From Synergistales bacterium (GTDB lineage Bacteria > Synergistota > Synergistia > Synergistales > JAFGMB01): a stretch of 64,000 nucleotides of DNA. The position numbers were made by a program, and so were the translations under genes. The stretch is from the NCBI GenBank assembly GCA_963666205.1, contig OY762654.1:288001-352000 (forward strand), written 5' to 3'. This document shows positions 31,200 to 39,997 of the stretch, in pieces. The stretch's first letter is position 1; each line of letters starts with the position of its first letter. The notes under the pieces are model-generated. The model ran no database searches, was not told where the DNA came from, and was given only the letters and a program-made list of their open reading frames with translations.

Positions 31200-31880
31200 A
31201 TGAAATTGCTGCTTATCGACAAAAACAGGGAATTATCTCAAGTACTTGTCGAAGAATTTGAAGGAAATAATTTTTTCGTTGACTATTCTGAAAGTGGCGC
31301 AGAAGGCCTTGAAAGAGTACTGAGAGGAAATTATGACTGTATAATCCTTGACCTTATGCTACCTAAAGTTGATGGCTTTCAGATTATCGAAAAGATCAGG
31401 GAAGATGGAATTGATGTACCCACTATTATCATCACAACAAAAGACTCGATTGAAGACAGGGTTGAGGGGTTTGAAAGAGGCGCTGACGATTATCTGATAA
31501 AACCTTTCGATTTTCGGGAATTACTGGCACGTGTAAAAGCTCTAATTCGAAGAAGCTCTGGGAAAAAACATCCTCTGGTCAGATGCGGTGACCTTACCCT
31601 TGATCCGATAGCAAGAGAATGTAGAATAGAAGAACAATTGATCCCCCTCCGCAAAAGAGAATTCGATATTCTTGAACTTCTTATGAGACATGAAAACCAG
31701 GTTTTTACGAGAGAAAGAATCATTTCCCACGTTTGGCAAAAAGAATATGACGGAACGAGCAATGTCGTTGACGTTCATATCAAATATCTAAGGGATAAAC
31801 TCAGGATCAATAATTATGACAGGATAGTTGTCACTGTAAGAGGAGTAGGATATAAGGTATCTTGTCCCGAATCTTACTGA
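31200..31880 (+). CDS. OmpR/PhoB-family response regulator (orphan)
   Basis: IILDLMLP, GADDYLIKPF, SNVVDVHIKYLRDK, TVRGVGY; AGGAGGTG RBS. Confidence 0.92.
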   Translation: MKLLLIDKNRELSQVLVEEFEGNNFFVDYSESGAEGLERVLRGNYDCIILDLMLPKVDGFQIIEKIREDGIDVPTIIITTKDSIEDRVEGFERGADDYLIKPFDFRELLARVKALIRRSSGKKHPLVRCGDLTLDPIARECRIEEQLIPLRKREFDILELLMRHENQVFTRERIISHVWQKEYDGTSNVVDVHIKYLRDKLRINNYDRIVVTVRGVGYKVSCPESY

Positions 31881-31893
31881 TAAACTTGAAAAT

Positions 31894-31936
31894 ATAGAAA
31901 AGCCCCGTGAGATTTCTTCCCACGGGGCTTTTCTAT
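31894..31936. terminator. Bidirectional terminator between response regulator and degP
   Basis: ATAGAAAAGCCCCGTG...CACGGGGCTTTTCTAT 16-bp inverted repeat with T-tracts. Confidence 0.85.
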
Positions 31937-31942
31937 ATTTTT

Positions 31943-33343
31943 TTAAAGAGACATTGAAATAAAGAATGTCCGTCCTTCTCTTGAAATCAACATGACCATG
32001 GCTTGAAGATCCTGTTTTTTCAGCTTGTCCCACTGACTGGTATTGTTGATATCAACACCATTTATCTCTAATATTACATCCCCTACCTTAAGTCCAGATC
32101 TGGCTGCTATAGATGTTTCTTCTATCTTGGTGATAACGACCCCTTTTGTATTCGCAAGATCGTATTCTTTCCTTAATTCATCAGTAATATCAGATATCTC
32201 AATACCAATTCTTTTAATTGTTCGGCAACCACTGGAACTTATGTCACAGGCAGCTGACTCCACCTCTCCAAGCTTGACTTTAAGTGTCTTTTGATTGCCC
32301 TGCCTTATAAGTGTCAGTGTAATATTTTCTCCAGCCATTGTCTGTCGCACCAGGGAAACGAACTGACGGGGTTCCTTTATGACTTCTCCGTCAACATGTG
32401 TAAGAACATCTCCCCTGTTTATACCAGCTAGTTCCGCTGGTGATCCAGGTACCACATCACTTACTACGACTCCATCTCTGCTTTCAAGATTGTACGCTTT
32501 GGCAAATTCTTCAGAAACAGGCTGAATGTAAACACCAAGCCATCCTCGATTGACCTTGCCATATTGTATAAGATCGTCTACTACTTCTCTGGCCATATTT
32601 ACCGGTATTGCGAAACCAATTCCCTGAGCATAAGGAATAATGGCACTGTTGATACCTATTACCTTACCATCTAGATCAAGCAGAGGGCCACCACTGTTTC
32701 CAGGATTAATTGCCGCATCAGTTTGTAAGAATCCATCAAAATTAACTTGACCTGCATGAATGCTTCTATTTTTTGCGGAGACCACACCTGCTGTGACGGT
32801 ATGTTCAAGACCAAAAGGATTTCCTATTGCGACTACCCACTCCCCCACTTTGAGTTTATCAGAATCCCCTAACTCAAGGACGGGCAGATCTTCTGCCTCA
32901 ATTTTAATGACAGCAAGATCAAAAGTAGGATCCTTACCAAGGACCTCGGCGTCCAGAGTCCGACCATCTGAAAGGGTAACAGTTATCTTGTCAGCATCTT
33001 CTATAACATGGTTATTCGTTATTATCTGTCCATCACTGGAAACAATAAAACCTGATCCTCTCCCTTTCATTGGAATTGTCCGGTTAAACCTTTTAAATTC
33101 TTCCCCAAAGAATTGTCTGAAGAATGGATCGTCCGGGAAGGGTGAAAGGGATCTTGTAACCAGTGTCTCTACATCAATATTTACGACAGCTGGGGAGGAA
33201 GCTTCAGCAATCATTGCAATCGGGTTACCCGTAAAGACATCCTGAGCTGATACCGGCACTTGGATAAAGGTCAACAACACCAGAGAGCAGATAAAATACA
33301 TTAAAATCTTACATTCACGTTTTGTAAAAACAGTTTTTGACAT
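31943..33343 (-). CDS. degP: Do/DegP/HtrA family serine protease with two PDZ domains
   Basis: Signal peptide, TNNHV, DLAV, INPGNSGGPL triad, two PDZ domains; ATG 33343 after GGAGGTG. Confidence 0.93.
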   Translation of the reverse strand: MSKTVFTKRECKILMYFICSLVLLTFIQVPVSAQDVFTGNPIAMIAEASSPAVVNIDVETLVTRSLSPFPDDPFFRQFFGEEFKRFNRTIPMKGRGSGFIVSSDGQIITNNHVIEDADKITVTLSDGRTLDAEVLGKDPTFDLAVIKIEAEDLPVLELGDSDKLKVGEWVVAIGNPFGLEHTVTAGVVSAKNRSIHAGQVNFDGFLQTDAAINPGNSGGPLLDLDGKVIGINSAIIPYAQGIGFAIPVNMAREVVDDLIQYGKVNRGWLGVYIQPVSEEFAKAYNLESRDGVVVSDVVPGSPAELAGINRGDVLTHVDGEVIKEPRQFVSLVRQTMAGENITLTLIRQGNQKTLKVKLGEVESAACDISSSGCRTIKRIGIEISDITDELRKEYDLANTKGVVITKIEETSIAARSGLKVGDVILEINGVDINNTSQWDKLKKQDLQAMVMLISREGRTFFISMSL

Positions 33344-33836
33344 TTTTAACACCTCCATTGGTTTAAACAAGATTTTAAGGTTTCTCAGAGATTTGACATC
33401 GTTAGTTTTACTGATAAGTTAGCTCATTGATTTAGCGGAATGTAATCATAGTCAGTCCTGTATCCTGAGCAATAACAATGTCTCTGATCACACTTTAGTA
33501 GTATGTATATTCACGTATTCGCATCTTAATGGAACTACACATAGTTACTGTCAGGTTACGACCGAGCATATTGATGAAAAGGGTTGTCATCTGTCGGAAT
33601 CTTAATTGGGACCTGCTACTCACTGTAAGAAAGCGAAGAGACACTTTAAGGAAGATAGTGTCATCAGATTACGAAACTGAACAAGGGTCAAAAGAATTCA
33701 TTTTTATAAAAGATCTTAAAAGCACTGCTTTTTAAACACGCGATAAAGATTTTAGCCTCTGGAAAGCAGGAACTCAGACAACCTGGTCTGAAACTGTCTC
33801 AAAAGTTTGTCTGAATGAAAGGAAGGAAATAGTCCT

Positions 33837-33896
33837 TCAATCAGTAAAGCAAAGAACAAATATCAGGGATAAGCTGGTTAACAGATATATCCCCAT
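33837..33896 (-). CDS. Candidate 19-aa hydrophobic peptide (MGIYLLTSLSLIFVLCFTD)
   Basis: GGGTG 8 nt upstream of ATG, inside the 3' arm of a perfect hairpin; TM-like composition; translation unproven. Confidence 0.3.
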   Translation of the reverse strand: MGIYLLTSLSLIFVLCFTD

Positions 33897-33897
33897 T

Positions 33898-33943
33898 GGT
33901 ATCACACCCATTTCTGGCAATATCCAGAAATGGGTGTGATACC
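33898..33943. repeat. Perfect 20-bp inverted repeat
   Basis: GGTATCACACCCATTTCTGG-caatat-CCAGAAATGGGTGTGATACC. Confidence 0.9.
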
Positions 33944-34292
33944 TAGTCGGAATCAGTAAAGTGAATCTAAGATTCAGTGCTCCTTTATTATTATACAGCA
34001 TCAGGGTTTTAACTGGTAGATGAGTCATAATATTCGGAATTTCACGTAAAGAATTTGTGTGAAATTCCTTCAGAAAAGAAGATTCTATTTTTACAGAATT
34101 GAAATAGAGTTAGTGAATGAGCCAATAAGATGAACTGATGAGATGTCGAGATTGAAGTTATGCAGCTTATGTGGAATTGATTTCCTATCATGTAACATGT
34201 ACAGGTCTGCGACCCTATATGATCCGAGTAGAGGAAATTCTGAATAAGTAAAAGAATGATTACCAAATGATGGGAAATGGAGACCAATTCAA

Positions 34293-35063
34293 TTATCGTT
34301 GTCTGGAAGAATATCTGAGGGTAAAAACAAGCCATAAAAGGCCAGCGACAAGAACTGCAGCACCAACAAATTGGCCGGTTCTTAATCCAAGCATGCGATC
34401 CCCAACTCGAAGAAAATCAACAAATAATCTCATGGCCCCATACATGATCATAAATACTGGCCAGAGAACGGCACCATGAAACCTCCTTATGTTTCCCGAA
34501 CCAATCTTTTTCTCCAGAAAATAAAGAACACAAAGTATAATTGTGGCACCAAAGGAATAATAAAGCTGGGTCGGATGTCTATAAAGACCTGGGCGGTCAA
34601 AGGGAAAATGAACGGCAAATGGACCGTCTGAAATAATTCCATAGCAACAGCCGTTAAGAAAACATCCAATTCTACCGATAGCTACCGTAGCAGATGCAGG
34701 TAGGCTGGCGGCTTCAGCAATTTTCCAGACCTCAAGTTTGTGTTTCCTGCAGTAGAATATCCCCAGCGCTCCCGCACCTAAAAAGGCGGTAGTAGACGAG
34801 AGCCCTCCTTCTAGAATGTTGAGAATTCGCCGAGGATCCGCAACATAGTAAGTCCAATGATCAAAATATCCACCGATCCTTGCTCCGAGAAGCATGCCGA
34901 TAAACCCAAATATAAGACACATACGTGCTGATTCATCATCCATTGCATATAAAAGAACTGCCCTTTTCCTGATCCACAAGACAGCTAGAGATAAAGCACA
35001 GGTCCACAGCACATAATAACTGTGGACCTCTAATGTTCCAATTTCAAAAAAAATCTTTTGCAT
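34293..35063 (-). CDS. lgt: Prolipoprotein diacylglyceryl transferase family protein
   Basis: LGARI, EGGLS, GRIGCFLNGCCYG, HPTQLY, YGAMRLFVDFLR. Confidence 0.85.
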   Translation of the reverse strand: MQKIFFEIGTLEVHSYYVLWTCALSLAVLWIRKRAVLLYAMDDESARMCLIFGFIGMLLGARIGGYFDHWTYYVADPRRILNILEGGLSSTTAFLGAGALGIFYCRKHKLEVWKIAEAASLPASATVAIGRIGCFLNGCCYGIISDGPFAVHFPFDRPGLYRHPTQLYYSFGATIILCVLYFLEKKIGSGNIRRFHGAVLWPVFMIMYGAMRLFVDFLRVGDRMLGLRTGQFVGAAVLVAGLLWLVFTLRYSSRQR

Positions 35064-35070
35064 ATATATA

Positions 35071-35712
35071 TTACCTTCTTCTGGGAACCTTTTTCACTGC
35101 CTGAGAAGGCCATACTACTACTTTGCGGGAGTGCCCTTCCCCTACTGATCGAGTTTCTATGTCCGATCTTTCCTTTAGCGTCATATGAATTATTCTTCTT
35201 TCCCAACTGGACATTGGTTCCAGATAGGTAGGTCTTGCTTTACGAACAGTTTTACGAGCCGCAGCTAGGGCCAATCTTTGCAGACTGGCTTCTCTTCTAT
35301 CCCTGTAACCGTCACTGTCAAGTTTAACCCTCTGGGACAGTTCGATATCGCGAAGAATCACGTTCACGAGAAATTCCAGAGCTTTCAGAGTTTCTCCATA
35401 TTTGCCGATTACAATACCAGCATCTTCCCCACTGATATTAAGGTAATCATGATCCATGTCTGAAGTTTCAACATCGAGTTCCATAATAGAAAGCAGGTCG
35501 TCAAGAAGTTTTTTCCCTCGTAAGATATATAAAGGTGCAGAAGGTCTCACCTCTACCGTAAGTTTTCGGCCAAGGAAACCGAAAAAACTTTTTTCTTCTT
35601 CAATAACTTTAGCGATTATATCGTCAGGACTTAAAGACCATTTGGCAGCTGCAATGTTCTGGGCTTCATCTATAGAACTAACCTCCAGAACGAGGGTTTC
35701 ATAATCGTTCAA
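35071..35712 (-). CDS. jag: Jag/KhpB (EloR) RNA-binding protein
   Basis: Jag_N (KSFFGFLG), KH IGKYGETLKAL, R3H ERRIIH. Confidence 0.92.
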   Translation of the reverse strand: MNDYETLVLEVSSIDEAQNIAAAKWSLSPDDIIAKVIEEEKSFFGFLGRKLTVEVRPSAPLYILRGKKLLDDLLSIMELDVETSDMDHDYLNISGEDAGIVIGKYGETLKALEFLVNVILRDIELSQRVKLDSDGYRDRREASLQRLALAAARKTVRKARPTYLEPMSSWERRIIHMTLKERSDIETRSVGEGHSRKVVVWPSQAVKKVPRRR

Positions 35713-35755
35713 GAATAAGTCCTCCTTTCAATCTCACACAAAGGGACTATGTGTT

Positions 35756-36559
35756 CTAATTCTTAGTGGGCTTATCAGTAAATATGGCAGGTTTTTCCTG
35801 CATTTCAACTTTTGTTTTGTGCATTACCCACCATTGTTGGGCAACACCTATCAATGAAGATGCTCCCCAGTAAAGGAGAACTCCTCCTTGAAGGCTGAGA
35901 CATATGAAAGTAAGAAAAGCAGGCATAAACCAGCTCATCATAGCCATCTGCGGATTGTTTCCGGTTGAACTTAGCTTCTGCTGGAACCAGGTCAGGAAAG
36001 AGATAAAAATCAGCAACAGAAGATTGGGGCCATACTGCAAGATATTAGCCAATCCGGATGGATTAGCGGAAACAGCAGAAAAAACTGATCCTACACCAAT
36101 CTTGGCACCTTCAGGAACCATCATGCCTACAGCAGCAGCGATAGTGGAAAGGACCGAACCATCCAATTGAATTCCAATAAAGAAATTGGTTGCTCCAGGA
36201 TACTCGAGTTTTAAAAGGACTCTGAAAAGAAGAATCAGAATAGGTAGCTGAACAAGAAGGGGTAAACATCCAGCAGCAGGATTAACCTTGTTTTCCTTGT
36301 ATAGAGCCATTGTTTCCCGGTTAAGTGATTCCTTGTCATCTTTATATTTTTCCTGAAGCACCTTGAGTCTTGGCTGGAGCTTCTGCATTTTCTGCATGCT
36401 TACCATCTGTTTATGAGATAGAGGATGCAGCAATAATCTAATAATAACCGTCAGAAAAATAATAGCCAGACCATAAGAACCGGTAAAACTGTAGAAACCG
36501 TTAAGAACTGACATTAACATGTTTCCCATTGAATTCCAGAGTGAACCCAAACCTCTCAC
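35756..36559 (-). CDS. yidC: Membrane protein insertase YidC (short form)
   Basis: YGLAIIFLT, LQPRLK, NPAAGCLPLLVQLPI, LLYW. Confidence 0.95.
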   Translation of the reverse strand: MRGLGSLWNSMGNMLMSVLNGFYSFTGSYGLAIIFLTVIIRLLLHPLSHKQMVSMQKMQKLQPRLKVLQEKYKDDKESLNRETMALYKENKVNPAAGCLPLLVQLPILILLFRVLLKLEYPGATNFFIGIQLDGSVLSTIAAAVGMMVPEGAKIGVGSVFSAVSANPSGLANILQYGPNLLLLIFISFLTWFQQKLSSTGNNPQMAMMSWFMPAFLTFICLSLQGGVLLYWGASSLIGVAQQWWVMHKTKVEMQEKPAIFTDKPTKN

Positions 36560-36594
36560 CTTCCTCGAATAGACTTCTTGTAAGTTAGAAATGA

Positions 36595-36819
36595 TCAGGG
36601 AACGGGATCATAACCTCCCGGATTCCACGGACCACACTTTACAATCCTTTTGACCCCCAGGAAACTACCCCTAAAGAAACCATAGGTTCTTACTGCCTGA
36701 ATATAGTATTCTGAACAGGTTGGGTAGAACCTGCAGTTTTTCCCCAGAAATGGTGATATAAAGTTCTGATACATTCTGACAATAAAAACTGCTAGAATAG
36801 ACAGGAACGAAGCTCTCAT
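36595..36819 (-). CDS. yidD: Membrane protein insertion efficiency factor
   Basis: [24 protein letters not shown]. Confidence 0.95.
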   Translation of the reverse strand: MRASFLSILAVFIVRMYQNFISPFLGKNCRFYPTCSEYYIQAVRTYGFFRGSFLGVKRIVKCGPWNPGGYDPVP

Positions 36820-37205
36820 TGTCTGGTCCTCCATTTATGGGGCAATTCAGTAAATCCATCTTTCAACAGGCACTTATAACGAAGTAACAAAAGCATTTCT
36901 TCGTATATTTCACGGGAATTGGCGTCCAGACCACGGGAACTCAGCGAAAACACCAACCAGAAACCTTCCCTTACCCCTTTACGTAAATGGCGTATGGCTT
37001 CTTTAAGTTTCCTTCTTCCCAGATTTCTTGTAACGGAGTTACCCTGTTTTTTCCCTACTGCAAGACCAAATCTTGTTTCTCCATTGGGGACCTCAAGAAA
37101 TAACAAACGCACCAGCTTGCCATTTATCCGACTGCCGGTGCGGAAGATAACGTCGTATTCCCAACCCTTCTTCAGTCTGACACGACGAGGATAGTCCAGT
37201 TTCAC
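36816..37205 (-). CDS. rnpA: Ribonuclease P protein component
   Basis: [20 protein letters not shown]; follows rpmH. Confidence 0.9.
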   Translation of the reverse strand: MKLDYPRRVRLKKGWEYDVIFRTGSRINGKLVRLLFLEVPNGETRFGLAVGKKQGNSVTRNLGRRKLKEAIRHLRKGVREGFWLVFSLSSRGLDANSREIYEEMLLLLRYKCLLKDGFTELPHKWRTRQ

Positions 37206-37210
37206 AAGAG

Positions 37211-37345
37211 TTAAACGGCAAGACGTTTTCGCCCTTTACGGCGGCGATTTCTCAATATTCTCTGACCACCTGGAGTACTTGACCTCTCAAGAAATCCCAT
37301 TTTTCTTTTTCGTGGTCTATTATGTGGCTGAAATGTCTGTTTCAA
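37211..37345 (-). CDS. rpmH: 50S ribosomal protein L34 (absent from the ORF track)
   Basis: Translated by hand: MKQTFQPHNRPRKRKMGFLERSSTPGGQRILRNRRRKGRKRLAV; TTG start after GGGAGG. Confidence 0.96.
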   Translation of the reverse strand: MKQTFQPHNRPRKRKMGFLERSSTPGGQRILRNRRRKGRKRLAV

Positions 37346-37476
37346 TTTTATCCCTCCCAAGAACTATTCAATCATTTTACTCTGTACTTATAAGTCATTT
37401 TTTACTTGTGATACACAAGTCTGCGGTTAAAAGCACAGGGATAGAGTTGCTCGAACCATTGAGCCTTGATAATATA

Positions 37477-39447
37477 TCACACACTATCTCGACTAGCAAC
37501 AGAGTTATCTCTAACCGTGATCTTTTTGTATTTTACTTTAGGAAGACTTGAAGGAATAGACCAATCTTTTCGAGCTAGAACCCTTCCATCCAGTATTATC
37601 GACCGTCCCCTGTCATTAGCTGTTCTAATAAGTCTTCCCACCGCTTGACGCAGATACATCTTGGCCACAGGAAGAGTCACTGTAAGGAAAGCACCCGGAC
37701 CTTCATAAGCATTTCGGGCCTGCACGAGTGGATCCTGTGGGTGAGGAAAGGGGATTCTATCAATTATCACCTGGGAAAGGCTGTTGCCAGGTACATCTAT
37801 TCCTTCCCTGAAGGAAACACTGCCGATAAGTACAGAATCGATATCTTCCCTGAATCTTATAAGGAGCTCATTTCGGGGTAGATCACCCTGAACAAGAATA
37901 GTGTATTCTTTATTTTTATTCCTCAGATATTCTCCGACTTTTCTTAACAATCTTATGGAACTTAATAGGACAAGGGTCCTCCCGTGGTTATCATCTATAA
38001 GACGTTCGATGATCCTGCAGTTTTTTTCATCATATCCACAATCCCTAACCCTAAGGCCGGTTTCAACTACCCATATTTCCATCTGCTTCTCAAGGGGAAA
38101 GGGAGAATCAAAAACCAGCCTAACGTCTGATGTAATGCCTGTTTCCTTTTCCCAGTACGAAAAAGAGTTATCAACTCTCAAAGTCGCAGAAACCATTACT
38201 ATGAGATCTGGCATAGAGTTATTCAGGGCATCTGGTATAGAATCGGAACAGATTGTAGGCTTGCTTATAAGGGAAGTCCCTTCCTTCCAGTAAGCCCAGG
38301 AAGGGAAGCGATCCAGATCCAGACACCATTGGAATGCTTTGATAAGAGAAGTCAATTCGTCAAACCAGACGAGCACGTTGCTCTTATCCAGTGAAATCTC
38401 AGATATATCAGAGGTAAGTTCTCCTCCCCTGATCTCCGCTACTGGAGAAAGAAGTACATTTTTCAGGTTAATCAGTTCCGCTACAGTCTGTTCCCCTTTC
38501 TCCCTACAGACAACATCAAATTCTCTAATCAGCACACCATCCCTTATGGATCTCTCAAGGTTACCAAAAAAGTCCAGTACATCCGGAAGACATTCTTTAT
38601 AAAGAGTTTCTACGATATCAAGATCCTTCCTTTCCAGAACAAGATTATTCTTCAGATTACCAAGATTTCTGGGTTCAAATAAATGTCTTACATCCTCAGC
38701 ACTGACTGATATTGAAGACACTGACCGGGCAGCATCGCTTATCTTATGCGCTTCATCACATATTATTAAGTCTGGTTTAACTGGAAAGGGCTTCGACGCA
38801 CCCAGCAGATATGCAAAATACAGGTGATAGTTAGAGATGACAACGGTCCAATCCTGAGAACTCGCTATCAGTTTCTGAACATAACATTCATCTCTGAATG
38901 GACATTTATGGCCAAGGCAGCCATTTTCCGGACAGATAACGCTCATAAACGCAGGATGATCTGGACGAAGAGACACTTCAGAGATATCCCCTGTTTTTGT
39001 TTCTTTCAGCCACTCAAGGATCTTACGTGAAGAACGTCCTTCATCGTTAAAGGAGAGAAATCCCTGAAGTCCCAGATTTTCAACTTTTCGGAGACAGACA
39101 TAGTTATTACGTCCTTTGAGAATTCCAAAGGGAAAATCAGTTTGAAGTATTTGGGATATCTGAGGAATATCTTTAAAAAATAACTGTTCCTGAAGTGGGA
39201 TGCTTGCTGTCAAAAAAAGTATCTTTTTCCTGTTTTCTACAGCCCACAATAGTGCAGGGACAAGAACAGCAAAGGTCTTGCCAAGACCTGTAGGCGCTTC
39301 AGCAGATATAACACCTCCACGCTCCTCGTTCAAAGCCTGCCATAAAACTGTAGCTAAAGACTCCTGTGATTTTCTGTACTCAAAATCAACAAATCGCCGA
39401 TTTAAGAGTCCCTTGGGTCCAAAATAATCTTCCATAAGACAATTCAA
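37477..39447 (-). CDS. DinG/YoaA family ATP-dependent helicase (Fe-S)
   Basis: EAPTGLGKT, KGRNNYVC, Cys cluster, DEAH, SATL, REGIDVPG, QAVGRLIR. Confidence 0.92.
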   Translation of the reverse strand: MNCLMEDYFGPKGLLNRRFVDFEYRKSQESLATVLWQALNEERGGVISAEAPTGLGKTFAVLVPALLWAVENRKKILFLTASIPLQEQLFFKDIPQISQILQTDFPFGILKGRNNYVCLRKVENLGLQGFLSFNDEGRSSRKILEWLKETKTGDISEVSLRPDHPAFMSVICPENGCLGHKCPFRDECYVQKLIASSQDWTVVISNYHLYFAYLLGASKPFPVKPDLIICDEAHKISDAARSVSSISVSAEDVRHLFEPRNLGNLKNNLVLERKDLDIVETLYKECLPDVLDFFGNLERSIRDGVLIREFDVVCREKGEQTVAELINLKNVLLSPVAEIRGGELTSDISEISLDKSNVLVWFDELTSLIKAFQWCLDLDRFPSWAYWKEGTSLISKPTICSDSIPDALNNSMPDLIVMVSATLRVDNSFSYWEKETGITSDVRLVFDSPFPLEKQMEIWVVETGLRVRDCGYDEKNCRIIERLIDDNHGRTLVLLSSIRLLRKVGEYLRNKNKEYTILVQGDLPRNELLIRFREDIDSVLIGSVSFREGIDVPGNSLSQVIIDRIPFPHPQDPLVQARNAYEGPGAFLTVTLPVAKMYLRQAVGRLIRTANDRGRSIILDGRVLARKDWSIPSSLPKVKYKKITVRDNSVASRDSV

Positions 39448-39652
39448 TACTTTTTGTCTCCTTTTAGTTTAAATACTCTTCATAAAGATTCAGATATGTT
39501 AGCATAATTAATATCATCCCGTATTATGATCTGGAACTGTTTCAGATGAAATTTTTTATGTTTGATATCATATGTAAGCAACTTATATGTTGCAGATTGT
39601 ATAAATTGCATGTTAGAATGTGTTCTGCTCTTGAGATGAGGAGGTGAAAGAT

Positions 39653-39931
39653 ATGCCTAACAAGAAGTCCGCCGCTAAAAGAATGCGTACTAGCGAAAAG
39701 AACCGCCTTTATAACAAGTACTGGACAAGTCGCTGTAAAACTTCTATAAAGAAAGTACTTGACGCAGTAAATGAAAAGGATACTGTACTTGCTGAGAAAA
39801 GGCTGCAGGAAGCACAATCCACAATTGATAAAGCTGTTGTAAAAGGCGTAATTCATCGAAATACCGGTGCAAGACGTAAATCCAGGCTGACATTGAAAGT
39901 AAAAACTCTTTATGGGGAAGATAAGGCTTAG
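39653..39931 (+). CDS. rpsT: 30S ribosomal protein S20
   Basis: MPNKKSAAKR, IDKAVVKGVIHRN..ARRKSRL. Confidence 0.97.
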   Translation: MPNKKSAAKRMRTSEKNRLYNKYWTSRCKTSIKKVLDAVNEKDTVLAEKRLQEAQSTIDKAVVKGVIHRNTGARRKSRLTLKVKTLYGEDKA

Positions 39932-39997
39932 CGGAGTTAATCAACATAGATTTCAGTATAGCCATCCAGAGGAAGGACGCCATTTGCGCTCTTCCTC

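Noticed and set aside
33529-33735. 68-aa (+) ORF in the degP-lgt gap
   Set aside because: No RBS and no recognisable motif; treated as non-coding pending evidence
33344-34292. oriC, CRISPR array, RNase P RNA or tmRNA in the large gap
   Set aside because: No DnaA-box cluster, no regularly spaced repeats, and no GAGGAAAGTCC or tmRNA tRNA-like ends found by eye
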